In this document: positions 39,801 to 52,953 of the stretch, one piece after another
Layout of the letters: every line of letters starts with the position of its first letter
Numbering within the stretch: position 1 is the stretch's first letter
Assembly: GCA_951406725.2 (NCBI GenBank)
Contig: OX597822.1
Location: forward strand, 70,370,001 to 70,434,000
Direction of reading: 5' to 3'
Length of the DNA stretch: 64,000 nucleotides
Source of the DNA: Octopus vulgaris
Lineage: Eukaryota
Translations under genes and position numbers: made by a program
The notes under the pieces: generated by a model
The model's database searches: none
Seen by the model: the letters and a program-made list of their open reading frames with translations, nothing else
What the model was told of the DNA's origin: nothing

Positions 39801-40341
39801 AAGCTGTCCTTGTATCTATGAATGTATGTAAGTGTGCCAGAAATTTGGAACTTATCTTCACACTATTTGTACTCTATGAATTAACACAAGTCAAATCTGC
39901 ACTGACTCTAAGAATAGCGACTTCAGAAGTATTCTTCAATGAGTTCATGCCAAACTTGCCTCCTTCAGCTGCATAAAAACGAAATTACTGTGCATATCAA
40001 AAAGACAATACATACCCCATCACCACCACCACCACCACTACCACCACACGCATAACTTGAACCTTCGAGATTGCATACAAATGCTGAACCTTGCCCCATC
40101 ACTGAAGCTCTCACCTGGTGAATAATACAAATACTCGACATTGCAAAGGCAGCATTTTGAAGATTAGTCTCTCTCTTAAGGGCAGAAAATACTTGACCCA
40201 TCTCTCCACTACAGCTAAACCCTATACAAAGTTCAAATAAGATACCCATAATGGAGTACTGATCTTACATCTGCAATAGTGCTGCTGTTACACAGATAAG
40301 CATCTTAATCTTCACACACACACACGCGTGGGCGCGCGCAT

Positions 40342-40384
<43 letters not shown>

Positions 40385-40544
40385 ATAGATTTGATGTCCC
40401 TTGCCAACACGGCCCAGTTTTTGGCCTACTGATGTGTTGCTTCCTCTCTCTACTTTTACTACTGTTGCTATTTTAAGCTCTGTTTTTAGTGCTAGCTCTA
40501 CTTAAACATTTCCAGCCCTCTTGTCCCTTCTCTTCTCATGTCCT

Positions 40545-41019
40545 TTAACCCTTTCGATACCAACCCGGTTGAAATCGCCTCTGGCTCTGTAGTACAAATG
40601 TCTTGTTTTCATAAGATTTGAAAAAATCTTCCACCAAACATCAGTCATAATTTACGTTCCTAACACTAGCTTAATGATAACTAAGTTATTTTATTAAATT
40701 CTTTTTATATTTAAAATTAATTGAAAGAAACACATAGCATCTCAACAGAAATATGGTAACAAAAGAGTTAAAATCACCATGATATTTTTAAACCCTTTTG
40801 ATACCAACCTGCTTGAAGCAGTCTCTGCCTCTGTTAATACAAACGTCTTGTTTTCATAAGTTTTGAATTAAAATCTTCCCCCAAACCTTAGTCACAATTT
40901 ATATTCCTAACACGGGCTGAATGATAACTAAGTTATTTTACTAAATTCTTTGTTATATTTAAAATTAATTGAAAGAAACACAGAGCATCTCAAAATAAAT
41001 ACGGTAATGAAAAAGTTAA
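40545..41019. mobile_element. Two tandem piggyBac-type MITEs (family 2): 40549-40767 and 40793-41015
   Basis: Each begins (T)TAA-CCCTTT.GATACC and ends GGTAA..AAA..G-TTAA; bodies are colinear but diverged. Confidence 0.85.
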
Positions 41020-41286
41020 TGTATCTCCTCCCCTCACTTCATCCCATAGTAACCGTTATGCTCACGCTTCCCTCTTTAGAATATCATCCATTTAGAATTC
41101 CCCACTTTGCTCATGTTTTTTCTGCAACTTGTCAACAAGCAGCTGTTCACGAGGATCATTGAACTGTATTAATTCCACTGAGTTTGTAGATCTTGCGAAG
41201 ACTATATTGGCACAGTCCTTTCTTCAGACCAAACTAAAATACAAAGATATAAAAAAAAAATTAGGAAAATAAGCAAACTGTTAGAT

Positions 41287-41444
41287 GCAGGCACGGCTGT
41301 GTGGTAAGAAGTTTGCTTCCCAACCACAAGGTACTGGGTTCAGTCCCACTGTGTGGCACCTTGAGCAAGTGCCTTCTACTATAGCTCCAGGCCAACCAAA
41401 GCCTTGTGAGTGAATTTGGTAGATGGAAACTGAAAGAAGCCCAT

Positions 41445-41536
<92 letters not shown>

Positions 41537-42159
41537 TATATATATATATACACACACATATACATACATATGTATATATATATACATACATGCTCCAGCA
41601 TGGCCATAGTCATTGGACTGAAACATAAGAGAATAAGAGAATATACATACATATATACACACACATACACACACACATGTACAGTAATCCCTCAACTATC
41701 GCGGGTGTTACATTCCACCCCCACTCCCGCGATTGGTAAAAATCCACGAAGTAGAAATAGTACTGTACTGTATGTTCTTTTTATAATTTGTATATATCTA
41801 TTTTATTATAAATGCAAAACAACACCATGGAGGAATGAATGTAAGCTTAAATAGTGAACCGTGATATGGCGAGGGATTACTGTATATGGAAACTGAAAGA
41901 AGCCCATCGTGTGTGTGTGTGTGTGTGAGTGAGTGAGTTTGTGCCTGTGCTTGTCTTCCACCACTGCTTCACAACCAGTGTTGGTGTGTTTACGTCTCTG
42001 TAACTTAGTGGTTTGGCAAAGGGGACTGATAGAATAAATACCAGGCTTTACACAATAAGATAATAAACACCGGGGTCAATTCATTTGACTGCAGAGCTCT
42101 TGATGGTGGTGCTCCAGCATGGCTGCAGTCTAATGACTGAAACAAGTAAAAGATAAGAG
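41287..42159 (+). mobile_element. Family A SINE pieces (41287-41641 internally deleted; 41887-42159 headless) flanking a MITE
   Basis: ggaaactgaaagaagcccatc and tgctccagcatggc..tagtc each occur twice. Confidence 0.85.
41682..41882. mobile_element. Tigger/pogo (Tc1-mariner) MITE, 201 bp
   Basis: TA-CAGTAATCCCTC...GAGGGATTACTG-TA: perfect 12-bp TIR core with TA TSD. Confidence 0.92.
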
Positions 42160-44004
42160 AGACACATACATAAGGCAATCTACTTTCTTTCCTGTCAACT
42201 CTCAAGATTATCCTAAGCTTCCTTGATAATGTCGTAGAAGATGAGTCTAAAATCTTCCAAACTCTACCAACCATTTCATACTAACCATTCACTAACGTGC
42301 AACAGCTATACTTTATGCTTATACTTGCTTATTCAGTATTCTCTCGACACAGTAATTTCTTTTAGTTTGTCCCAGTTTCCTCTCTCTCTCTGATTTGGTT
42401 GTTGTCTTCCTGTACATACTTCTGTTGTTGTTGTTACTGTTCTTGGTTATCATTAACCATTCTTGTCTTGTCATTTTTATGTCTTCATCTTCACTTCCCT
42501 CTGTCTTTGTCTCCCGCTGTCTTTTACCGTCTTCAGGCTTCCTCTTGTGGTTCATGTTGGTTCATTAACTTCATGGTTATTCTCTTTACCTCCTCCTCTG
42601 GCTCCTCCTGCCATCTAAATATTTTAATAAAATTGCTTTATAATTGATTAGTGTTTGTGTAAGTTAAATTATTATAGCTATTTTTCTCTCTACTACTACC
42701 ACCACCACCACCACCACACTGCTATTTTCATATTCTTACTTATTTTAACTCTTTTATTTATTTATTTGTTAATTTATTAAAAATCGCAATTTTGAAACTT
42801 CATTGATTCTATATAATTGTTTCTAAAACAGGGTTAGAAATGCTTTAGGAAAATGTTGTCAGTTATCCAAATTTTCTCGCTTTCTCCATTTTAATAGAAT
42901 CACAAAGCAATTTATCAAAGCAGATCTGTTATGAACATTTCCAATAAATGGCATCAGAATATCTACGGATGTATGTTGTTTTTTTTTTTATAGCCTTATT
43001 ATCATCATTTTTTTTTTCCTTCACTGTCAGGCAATTTTGTGTTGATGGAATTAGATATTTGGCAATTCCTTTAATTATGTTGCCTGATACCTATTTTGTG
43101 TGTTATTTGGTGGTAGTATTTTATTTAGTTCTTTTTTTTTAGCTTTTTCTTTTTAGCAAAGAAAAAATAATGCTACACTAGTATTTATTGAAGTTGTCAT
43201 CATTATCATCATCATCATCATCATGTCATTGGTGCCTTTGTAAAACTTTTCTTTGTCTTAATTTGTTCAGTAAGAGAAAACTGTGTTAATCAGAATTATT
43301 GGTGATGAAATGACAATACTTACAAACCCTGGCACCTTTGAAAAATCTTCTACTATTGTCATTAAAGCAGATGCTATACATCAAAAGCACCCCTCCTCCT
43401 CCTCCTGTACCCATCCTTCCATGCCCCCCCCACCCTCGCCCAGTACTCTTCCTTCATTTAAACAGAAATTAGCTGCAGTGTTTGTTTTGCTCTTATCTCC
43501 TTTTTGCCTTTGCTGCTCTCCACCCATCATCATCCACGTCTCTCTCACCTGACTATCATCATATTGTTCTAATTACATGCAAAGAGACATTCTGATATTC
43601 CATGTAGATAATGGATCTAGAATGAAAATACAAAAGGGAGGGGTAAAAGAAAGAAAAAAAAAAGTGGGGGAAACAAATAAACACTGAAATAAAAGGAATT
43701 AACAATGAAAAAAAAAAAAAAAAAAATCGGGAATTAATAAAAAGGATGTTGCAATCATTTGCAATTGCTATACTCCCTTTATTACAAAGATGTAGGGAGG
43801 GAATTAAAACAAACAAAAAAAGTAATTGTTCAACGATAAGTATGTCTTTACAATGCTGTCAATGAAATCACATCATACAGAAAGAGAATTTGTTGTCATT
43901 TATTGAGCCTTAGAGGTGTGTGTGTGTGAGCATGAGAGAGAGTATGTACATAGAATTGTGTGTGAGTATGCTTAATGTTATATGAAGTATATATCTAAAT
44001 GCAT

Positions 44005-44049
<45 letters not shown>

Positions 44050-44051
<2 letters not shown>

Positions 44052-44274
44052 TGTAAGAGTGGCTGTGTGGTAAGTAGCTTACTTACGAACCACATGGTTC
44101 CAGGTTCAGTCCCACGGCATTGTACCTTGGGTAAGTGTCTCCTACTATAGCGTCGGGCCGACCAAAGCCTTGTGAGTCGATTTGGTAGACGGAAACTGAA
44201 AGAAACCTGTCGCATATATGTATGTATGTGTGTGTTTGTGTGTCTGTGTTTGTCCCCCAACATCGCTTGACAAC
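44050..44274 (+). mobile_element. 3'-truncated family A SINE
   Basis: Head and middle colinear with 45570-45800. Confidence 0.9.
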
Positions 44275-44345
44275 AGTTTTCATGCAAAACTCAGAACATA
44301 AACTACAGTGTCTGAAAAATACTTAGGCAGGATGGTCATCCTGAA

Positions 44346-44578
44346 GGCGGCGAGCTGGCAGAAACATTAAGCAAGCTGGGCAAAATACTTAGCGGTATTT
44401 TGTCTGCTGCTATGTTCTGAGTTCAAATTCTGCCGAGGTCGACTTTGCCTTTCATCCTTTTGGGGTCAATTAAATAAGTACCAGTTACGCACTGGGGTCA
44501 ATATAATCGACTTAATCCGTTTGTCTGTCCTTGTTTGTCCCTTCTATGTTTAGCCCCTTGTGGGGCAATAAAGAAATA
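44346..44578 (+). mobile_element. Young family B SINE with perfect 17-bp TSD
   Basis: aggatggtcatcctgaa at 44329-44345 and 44579-44595; A box-like gagctggcagaa, B box gagttcaaattc, Nin/Deu-like core gcctttcatccttttggggtcaattaaataagtacc. Confidence 0.95.
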
Positions 44579-45392
44579 AGGATGGTCATCCTGAACAGCT
44601 TTGCTCATTGCTCCCCCTGACCTGAGCTGGGCTGCAACTAAACAACAGCCACCAGTAACATATGGATCGCAACCGTTCCATGATTGGAGTTTATTGGTAC
44701 AAAGACTAAACTGTGATCACAGTGTGGTTTAGAATTTCCCTCAAATCATACATTGATATTCTCTTGTAATGCTTACAGTTGCTGGGCTAGTAAAGAACTT
44801 CCATAATAATGCTCATTTTTTCTGACCCCCCCCCCCCTCCTAGAAAACTATGTTCTATCTGTTAATGTTTATTATTTGCAGATATGATAAATACTTTCCA
44901 CTATCACTAATAATTTCTTCATTTGCTTGGTTGTATACTCATTTATCACCATCGTCGTCATCGTTGTTGCTATTGCTGCTACCACTGATGCCACTACCAT
45001 CACCATTTTTACATCTGTCTTTCCATGCATCAGGTTGAATGGCTCTTCTTCAGCACAACATCCCCTACCAGTTGATGCATTCCTTTGTCATCTCCATCTC
45101 TCTCTTTTTTTTTTTTTTTCAATTTTGGTTTTTGTCTTCCACTGGTCACTTCCACATGAATCGCCTGGCACTTCTTCACTCACCTGTCATCATCCATCCA
45201 TACATATTACATGATCATACCAGCATGGCTGTTTCTCTTGCCCACTACAAGCTGGTTCCTTTACACCCAATTTCTAAACAACTGTTGTTTCTTATAGTTC
45301 TCTCTTTCTTCTTCTCTCTTTTCTGCTGCAGCAGCATTATTCAGTGTTTTTATTGTAGTTTCATATTTCATGGTAATATAGTTCTGAAATCA

Positions 45393-45565
45393 AAAGTGCT
45401 GGGCTGGGCAGAATCGTTACTGAACCAGTCAAAATGCTTTTGGCATTTGGTTTGTCTTTACATTCTGGGTTCTAATTCCACCAAGGTCGACTTTGCTCTT
45501 CATCCTTTTGGGGCCAATAAAATAGGTACCAGTTGAGCATTGGAGTCAATGTAATCAACTTACCT
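45393..45565 (+). mobile_element. Family B SINE interrupted at its 3' part by a family A copy
   Basis: Family B body; the tail cccctgaaattgct resumes at ~45968. Confidence 0.8.
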
Positions 45566-45569
45566 TATA

Positions 45570-45966
45570 GGCGCAGGAGTGGCTGTGTGGTAAGTAGCTT
45601 GCTTACCAACCACATGGTTCCGGGTTCAGTACCACTGCATTGCACCTTGGGCAAGTGTCTTCTACTGTAGCCTCGGGCCGACCAAAGCCTTGTGAGTGGA
45701 TTTGGTTGACGGAAACTGAAAGAAGCCTGTCGTATATGTATATATAAATGCATGTGTGTGTGTATATGTGTCTGTGTTTGTCCTCCCAACATCGCCTGAA
45801 AACCAATGCTGGTGTGTTTACGTTCCTGTAACTTAGCGGTTCAACCAAAGGGACCGATAGAATAAGTACTAGGCTTACAAAGAATAAGTCCTGGAGTCAA
45901 TTTGCTCGACTAAAGGCAGTGCTCCAGCATGGCCACAGTCAAATGACTGAAACAAGTAAAAGAGTA
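45570..45966 (+). mobile_element. Full-length tRNA-derived SINE family A (reference copy)
   Basis: A box tggctgtgtggtaag, B box gggttcagtacc, central (TA/TG)n, tail aaatgactgaaacaagtaaaagagt. Confidence 0.95.
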
Positions 45967-46495
45967 TCCCCTGAAATTGCTGTGTGGTTTTTCAATCAAT
46001 TTTCCTGTTATCTCTTGGAGACTAACTAGTTGATACCTTGCACTCACAATGTTTTCATGTTGCTGGCATTAAGATAATAAGTTTGAAAAGTTTTTACTCT
46101 TTTATTGTATATTTCACCTCTTGTTAAGAGAATGGTCTGCAAGAGAATTTAAGACATATTGCCTGGAATGAACTTCGAAACAAACTAAATTTCGGTGATA
46201 TTTTCAACACCACTTCCACAGTTGTCTGGGGACTTTGAATTGATTTTAAGTATGGTGGAATGCTATTATTTACTTTTCAATGGTAATTATAGAGTTCAAA
46301 CTAGGCTTTGTTGTTTGTGCTTCTCAACCAGTCTGAAGCTGAGTAAAGAATCCAATTCTGTATTCCTCTGTGGCATGTCTTTGCACTTTGAGCTAATGAG
46401 AAAGCCTTTGTGCAGTTGCTTGACCTGCTAGAAATAGCTGTCAAATTCACTCAAATCACAGCCTTTCTCTCTCTCTTTTTTTTTTTATATATATG

Positions 46496-46697
46496 TTTTG
46501 CCCATTTTAGTCATTGGACTGTGGTCATGCTGGGGCACCACCTTGAAGTGTTTCAGTTGCACAGGTCAACCCCAATAGTTATTTTTAAGTTTCATATGTG
46601 TTCTACCACTCTCTTTTGCCAAGCCGCGGAATTATGGGGATGTAAACAAACCAACTATGGTTGTCAAGTGGTGGTGGTGGGGTGGGACAAACACAGG
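46496..46697 (-). mobile_element. Partial family A SINE (3' half)
   Basis: agtcattggactgtggtcatgctggggcaccacc...ggttgtcaagtggtgg..ggacaaacaca. Confidence 0.8.
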
Positions 46698-46755
46698 CCA
46701 TAGTTGTAATAGAGCAACAAATGATGTGAGCTGCTTGACCATTCAGCTGGTTGCC

Positions 46756-46986
46756 ATAACTCTTTAGCATTTAGATTACTCTGTCAGATGCAATACTTAT
46801 TTATTCATGATATTACTGTGAATTAACCATGCATTATCTAGTAGCTTCGAGATATCAATGACACGATTGTTTATTTGTGGAATGACATCATAGGGTATGC
46901 ACACAAGTCTACATACAGTTGGTTTAAACATGAAACAGATAAGATATTTTGCCCAAATAAGGCTGCTTTAAATGCTAAAGGGTTAG
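46756..46986. mobile_element. piggyBac-type MITE (family 1)
   Basis: ctctttagcattta...taaatgctaaaggg TIRs with decayed TTAA flanks; homologous to 8553-8764. Confidence 0.75.
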
Positions 46987-48899
46987 TATTCTCTGAGCTT
47001 GTCGACTGTGGTGCTCCAACATTTGAAGACATCAGCATTATTTTGTGAGCCTCGGTTAACCCTGAACAGACTGTTAGGATATTTATTGGTATTGAGTAGA
47101 GTTTTGGATAACAGAGGTAGTCTGTAGGAATCTTTGACAAATACTCTTAGAATTTCTTTTCATGTATTAGAAATTAGAAATTCTTTTCATGTATTATCAA
47201 ATTCAGTAGAGCTGCAATTGAGATGGCAGTAATGTTCCTCATTTCAGAAATATAGATATATCCAATTGGCATAAGACATCAACGGAGGCTTATAAGCCTT
47301 AAGAATTCACTCTTAACACTGCCTACAGGCAAAGCATAGTGGATAAAGGTTCTAGTTAATGCACCTAGAGGTTCTGAGTTCAATCTCAGGCAAGGCATTA
47401 AGGTAAATCAGAAAACACCTAAGGAACGCTGATGCATACAACAGCAGTAATGTAGCAAAGATAAATGATCCATTGATTGACCCGGGGCTATAATAGAAGA
47501 CACATTCCCATGCCATGAGGTGGCAAAGTGAGTTTCTTAACCACATAGCTATATCTTCTCTGGATATATATATTTGTTGAGGCATGACTGGGTTCAAAGC
47601 AGTTTGTGTTAAATGTTTTCTCTGGTGCTTTATTACTGCTTTTATTTGACTGGGTACCCTTCAGCAAGAGGGTACCTAACTGATCTCCTTTTATGGAATT
47701 GCATGCTCTACTAGTTGCAAACCTGTATTGAACTTGCAGCATCTCTGTTAAAAGAATATTCTTCTAACTCTATAACATGGCAACATGTAAGTATGGGGTT
47801 TCTCTTAGAGCATTAGTTCCATTAACAAAAAAAAAAAAAAAAGAAAGAAAAAAAGAAGGAAAAAGCAAACTCAGATTAGGTGGATTTTTCCATATCTGAT
47901 AGTCTTATTTCTCTTGTAATCAATATTATCATGTTCATTGTAGGATTTAACACAATTCATTTAGAATTTGGCAGGTGTAGTAGTGTCTTAACAATGAATA
48001 ATTCAAAATAACCTTGTGTGAATGTGTAATAGTATTAAGTTTCTTCTTTAGCTTTTGTGATTTGCTAATCTGATATAATTGTGTATAATATATTTCTGAT
48101 ATTCTGGTTTATGTTGTGTATTCCTCTCATTTAGTTTATTATATATTTTTCTACTTCTTGTTACTTGCATTGAACAGAGGTCATAAATTGCTCATGTATT
48201 CCTGCTATCAATAACTTTTCACACTACACATGCACACACACACACATACTTACATACACACACACACACACACATATATATAGTGCATGAACAAACTACT
48301 TTTACTTCTTGTTTTGGAGAAATATTTTCAAAGATCAGATAAAACTGAAGACAACAAAGGAAAAAAAAAAAACCAACAAAAATTAAAATAAAAACAAAAT
48401 AAATAAAAACTCTACTTATCCCTCAATAAGCTTCAAGATAGAAAAGTTCTAACCCAAAATTAGATATAAATAACTTAGTAATTCCTTCCCTTGAGAATCT
48501 TTCATTTTGCAAGCACATATTTATTGTTAGTTTTTCAATACTAGAAGTTATGTGTAAAGGAAATATTTATTTTTACTGTTGCCATTCTCATTGGTAGCGA
48601 AAGAAAATTACAACTTTCATTGTCTTCTCTCTGTCCCCGCGTTATCATTTCTGAAAACTATTATTTCTACTTGCTTAGACTGAATGAACTATAATAGACA
48701 CTATATGTCACTTAGAAAGAATTACATAATCTACTCTTTTGGGTTTTTATGTCATATTTAGCCTGTTGTAGTCACATTATTAAATTGTCACAACACATTG
48801 TTTACTATGCTACAACAGTCTTCAGTCCTAGAGAGGTTGTTGTGTCATGTCCAATACTTTACTGGCTATGGTGTTTTCTGTATTATATTATGCACACTA

Positions 48900-49330
48900 T
48901 TATATCAGGAACAGCGTTAGATTTTTGCTACTAATTGAATATAAAAGATGCATTATTAGACTGGTTATTTATGTAATATGCTTCTATTATACAAGGTGCA
49001 GTATTATATGTTGCCATTAGCAGTATATAATATAGTACTATGGACCGTACAATATGTGCTCGCAGAAGCTTATCACTATATAATATGCAGTTATGCCTTT
49101 GTGATATCTGTATGGGTAACAATATCATATCAGGAACTGTTAGATTTTGGTACTAATTCAATATAAAAGAAGCATTGTTGGACTGGCTATGTATAATATA
49201 TTGCTATTATACAAGATGCAGTGGTATATGTTGCATATAATATAATATATGATATAATGCTATACAAGGCAGAATGTGATATGCTAGCAGAGGTCTATTA
49301 CTGTACAATATGCTGTATTAGTATTGACTT
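48900..49330. repeat. Diverged ~225-bp tandem duplication
   Basis: atatcaggaac..gttagatttt.g.tactaatt.aatataaaaga.gcatt.tt.gactgg at ~48902 and ~49127. Confidence 0.85.
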
Positions 49331-49720
49331 TGAATAGTATATTACTATATATGTTGCTGTGTTAATTCTAGATTTATAATGATGGAATACTATATGGGTT
49401 TAATATTGATAGTATATTGAGTACTAGGTTCTGTGTAGTACTGTCAACACTATGATAGCTGTTGACACTGGCAGTATATGGTGTAATTACAATTGAACAG
49501 TAACAAGATGTTAGACTTAATCTGGTGCCTGGTTTAGCATCACCACTTGGTACCCTGGTGTAGTTCACCTTTTAGTGTATTGCGTGCATTTCAACCCCAG
49601 CTCTTTGGTATAATGATGCATTTTCCTCTCCTTCCTGCCAGTCTTAGAGGCCTTGTAAAGACTTGTGTGCTCTTCCTTTCTCTCTTGACTAAAAGATTTT
49701 AGAAAATCAAATAATGCTAA

Positions 49721-50113
49721 GGCACAGGCATGGCTGTGTGATGGGAGGCTTGCTCCCCAACCACATGGTTCTGTGTTCAGTCCCACTGTATAGCACCTTG
49801 GTCAAGTGTCTTTTACTCTAGCCTTAAACTGACCAAAACTTTGTGAGTGGATTTGGTAGATGGAAACTGAAAGAAGCCTGTTGTATATGTGTGTGGGTGT
49901 TTGTGTCTGTGTTTGTCCCCCTACCATCGCTTGACAACCAATGTTGTGTTTATATCCCTGTAACTTAGTGATTCTACAAAAGCTACTGATAGAATAAGTA
50001 CTATACTTACTAAGAATAAGTACTGGCATCGATTTCTTTTGACTAAAATCCTTTAAGGCGGTGCTCCAGCATAGCCACTGTCAAATGACTGAAACAAGTA
50101 AAAGAATAAAAGA
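49721..50113 (+). mobile_element. tRNA-derived SINE family A
   Basis: Colinear with the reference copy. Confidence 0.9.
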
Positions 50114-52692
50114 AAACAATAAACGAGCAACAGGAACATCGAACTTTTAGAAGTTAAACTGCAGAAGAGGCAAAAAAATTTATCATTATAATTCTACATG
50201 AATATTTCAGATTTGTTTCCAATAGAGAAACCTGGATGGGAACTAAGAAATATATATATATAATTGGCATTGTTCTTATGGTAGCTAAATTATTGTCATA
50301 GTTTAATGCCTTGTGGAAAAACTGTTTGCAATTATCAATTCGACAATTTCTGATGTTGTAAAACAGTGATTTGCTAGACCTTGTGAGTATGTATTGTTAC
50401 CCTTCCTTCAAGCTACTAATATATGAATAGACACTACTTCACCTCTGATTCAACTTTAATGTCTATTGGCTATGCCAGTACTCAGCTACTAGACCCACTT
50501 GAGTACTAAAATATGAAATTACTTATCAATATTTTGCTGAAAGTTTCTCAATTTATGAATGGTTGCTGCTCTAAGGTTGTGGTTTGTTGTATGTCAGTCT
50601 TCTTCTTATGGTATATCAATAAAGCATAATCATCATCCAGTGTTTTAAATCTGGGTTTTGTCCCCATTAACGGGGATCTACCTCAATGCCATAGCAACTG
50701 AGGCAGGCATGTGCAGCCCACCCCAACCTTTAGGTTGGCTGGTGTCCATTCTCCCTTGCTATCATGAGGCTTTTTGGAGATGGATTTTCTATGGGGAGCA
50801 TGCCTTTGCTTACCCCCCAACCTCAGTTTCTAGACATGAGTGGTACCACGATTTTTAAGAAATGTGGTGGAAAACTAGCTCAGGAAGGCAGTACATTACT
50901 CCCTGAGACCTCTTTCAGAGCCCCCATACCTACTAAAGCTCCCTCCCATATATATGTCAGTGAAAACTTCATTCAGTTGGGCATGAACACATGTAGAACA
51001 AATGAAATTGTCTCCACATTTTTAGTCATTCATTTTACTATTACATGTAAAAAAAAAGAAGTATTATCGTTAGTTCTATAATGATTTAAGTAGGTACTAA
51101 CCCTATTTACCAAGCGATCTAATCGGGTATTAATACCAAATCAAATATTAACATTTCATCTACCAACTTCATTAGTTGACAGACACCAATATTACCAATA
51201 AACCAACTGACCCTAACGATGGGGCTAACATCACACTAACTCACCTGTTAGTAATTATTCACCTGATAATGTAATCAAGTACTAGCATAACACTATTTGT
51301 CCAAATCAGGTATTTACATCAAACTCACTGAACTAATTAGATATCAATACCATCATATTGATTAACCTAATGAAGTACCAACACATTTGCCACTAAATGG
51401 TTTAAGCATTAAAAGTGACCATCGACCATCCTAGTCTGGTGTTGCTCAGGTGTTGTAACAATTGATCTCACTTTGTTAGTTTCAAAGCAGTAAAATAATT
51501 TTTGCACCTATATCGGTAATGGTGACTAATAACGCAATACCTGAGCATGAAACTTTTTTTTTTTAATTCTTTCTCTCCTTCTTCTTGAGTTCCTCATTAA
51601 GGTTTGAATTTTTCGAATTGTGTAAATTTTTCCCATTTACTTTTCTTAATAACATTACTAGTATAAGTTTAGTAAATTAGTACTGCTCCCCTGTCCCCCC
51701 CCCCCCGCCCCTGTTGACACTCTTTTGTCTTTAATTATTACTCATTGTCAGCTGATTAGATTTCCAAGAAGATGAAATTGAAATTATTATAAGTATATTT
51801 CTAATTGAGAGCAAATTAGAAAATATAATCTAGACAGCAAAGTGTGTGTGTGTGTGTGTATAGCTAACTAATTTTTATCACTTGAGATTTCTTTTACTAT
51901 CTTTGTTTGACCTTTTAAATTTGGTAATGAATTATTGAATTATTAGAATTAATTTTTGTTTGCTTTTTTTTTCTGTCTCTTCTTAAACTTCGTGAATTAT
52001 CCAATTCTATTTTCATATCTTGTTCTCTTTTTTGTCGAGTTCTGTGTTTACACCACCTCAACACTTTTCTGTTTTCGGTATGCCACTGTTTTCGACATGT
52101 TAGATTTTCATTAAATTGTTGATGTCAAATTACTTCGCTTTCACTTTAAATCACTGTATCTGTGGAATTTAGTTCAGGACATTAACACACTCTTATTTTA
52201 ATTCCACACAATTATATTGAATTTGTTTAAATAAATTTGTATTTTGAATTTAGTTCATTAAAAGAAAAAAAAAAGATGATTTTTTTTTGTTTGCTATGTC
52301 TGCAAATTTAATAAAACAAAAACAAAAATGTTCTTTCCCCCTTATTGGGAAGCACTATGTTGCTTCAATACATCTGTCAAATTGCCTGTTGTTATAAATA
52401 TTTTAAGAGTTTGAAAGTGACTTAGGTAGTCGTGTGTGTGTGATAGGGAGGGGAGGAGGGGGAGGTAAAGTCACTGATCTTCAACGATGTTGTCTTCATG
52501 AATTTTTAGCTGATTATATGGGCTTTGACATTTTGTTAGGTATTTGTCTTATGGATGAGTGTGTAAAGGGACGTACCATGGATGTAACTAAAGAACACAG
52601 GAGGGGTGGGTGGGCATTTTTTGTTCGGCGCTTTACTTATTGATTTTGCAATCCTCATTGACACTTGCAGACTCATGCATGCACATGTACTC

Positions 52693-52810
<118 letters not shown>

Positions 52811-52908
52811 CACATGACCCCTTTTTCATTTCTCCTGTTTCCCCTCCTGTCAGTCTCTCTATACCTCACCAGACTTGGTATGTTTATTCTCCTTACCATT
52901 CAAATGTC

Positions 52909-52953
<45 letters not shown>

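Noticed and set aside
51090-51420. A/C-skewed stretch resembling a NUMT or minisatellite
   Set aside because: No mitochondrial gene motifs or consistent period could be seen by eye.
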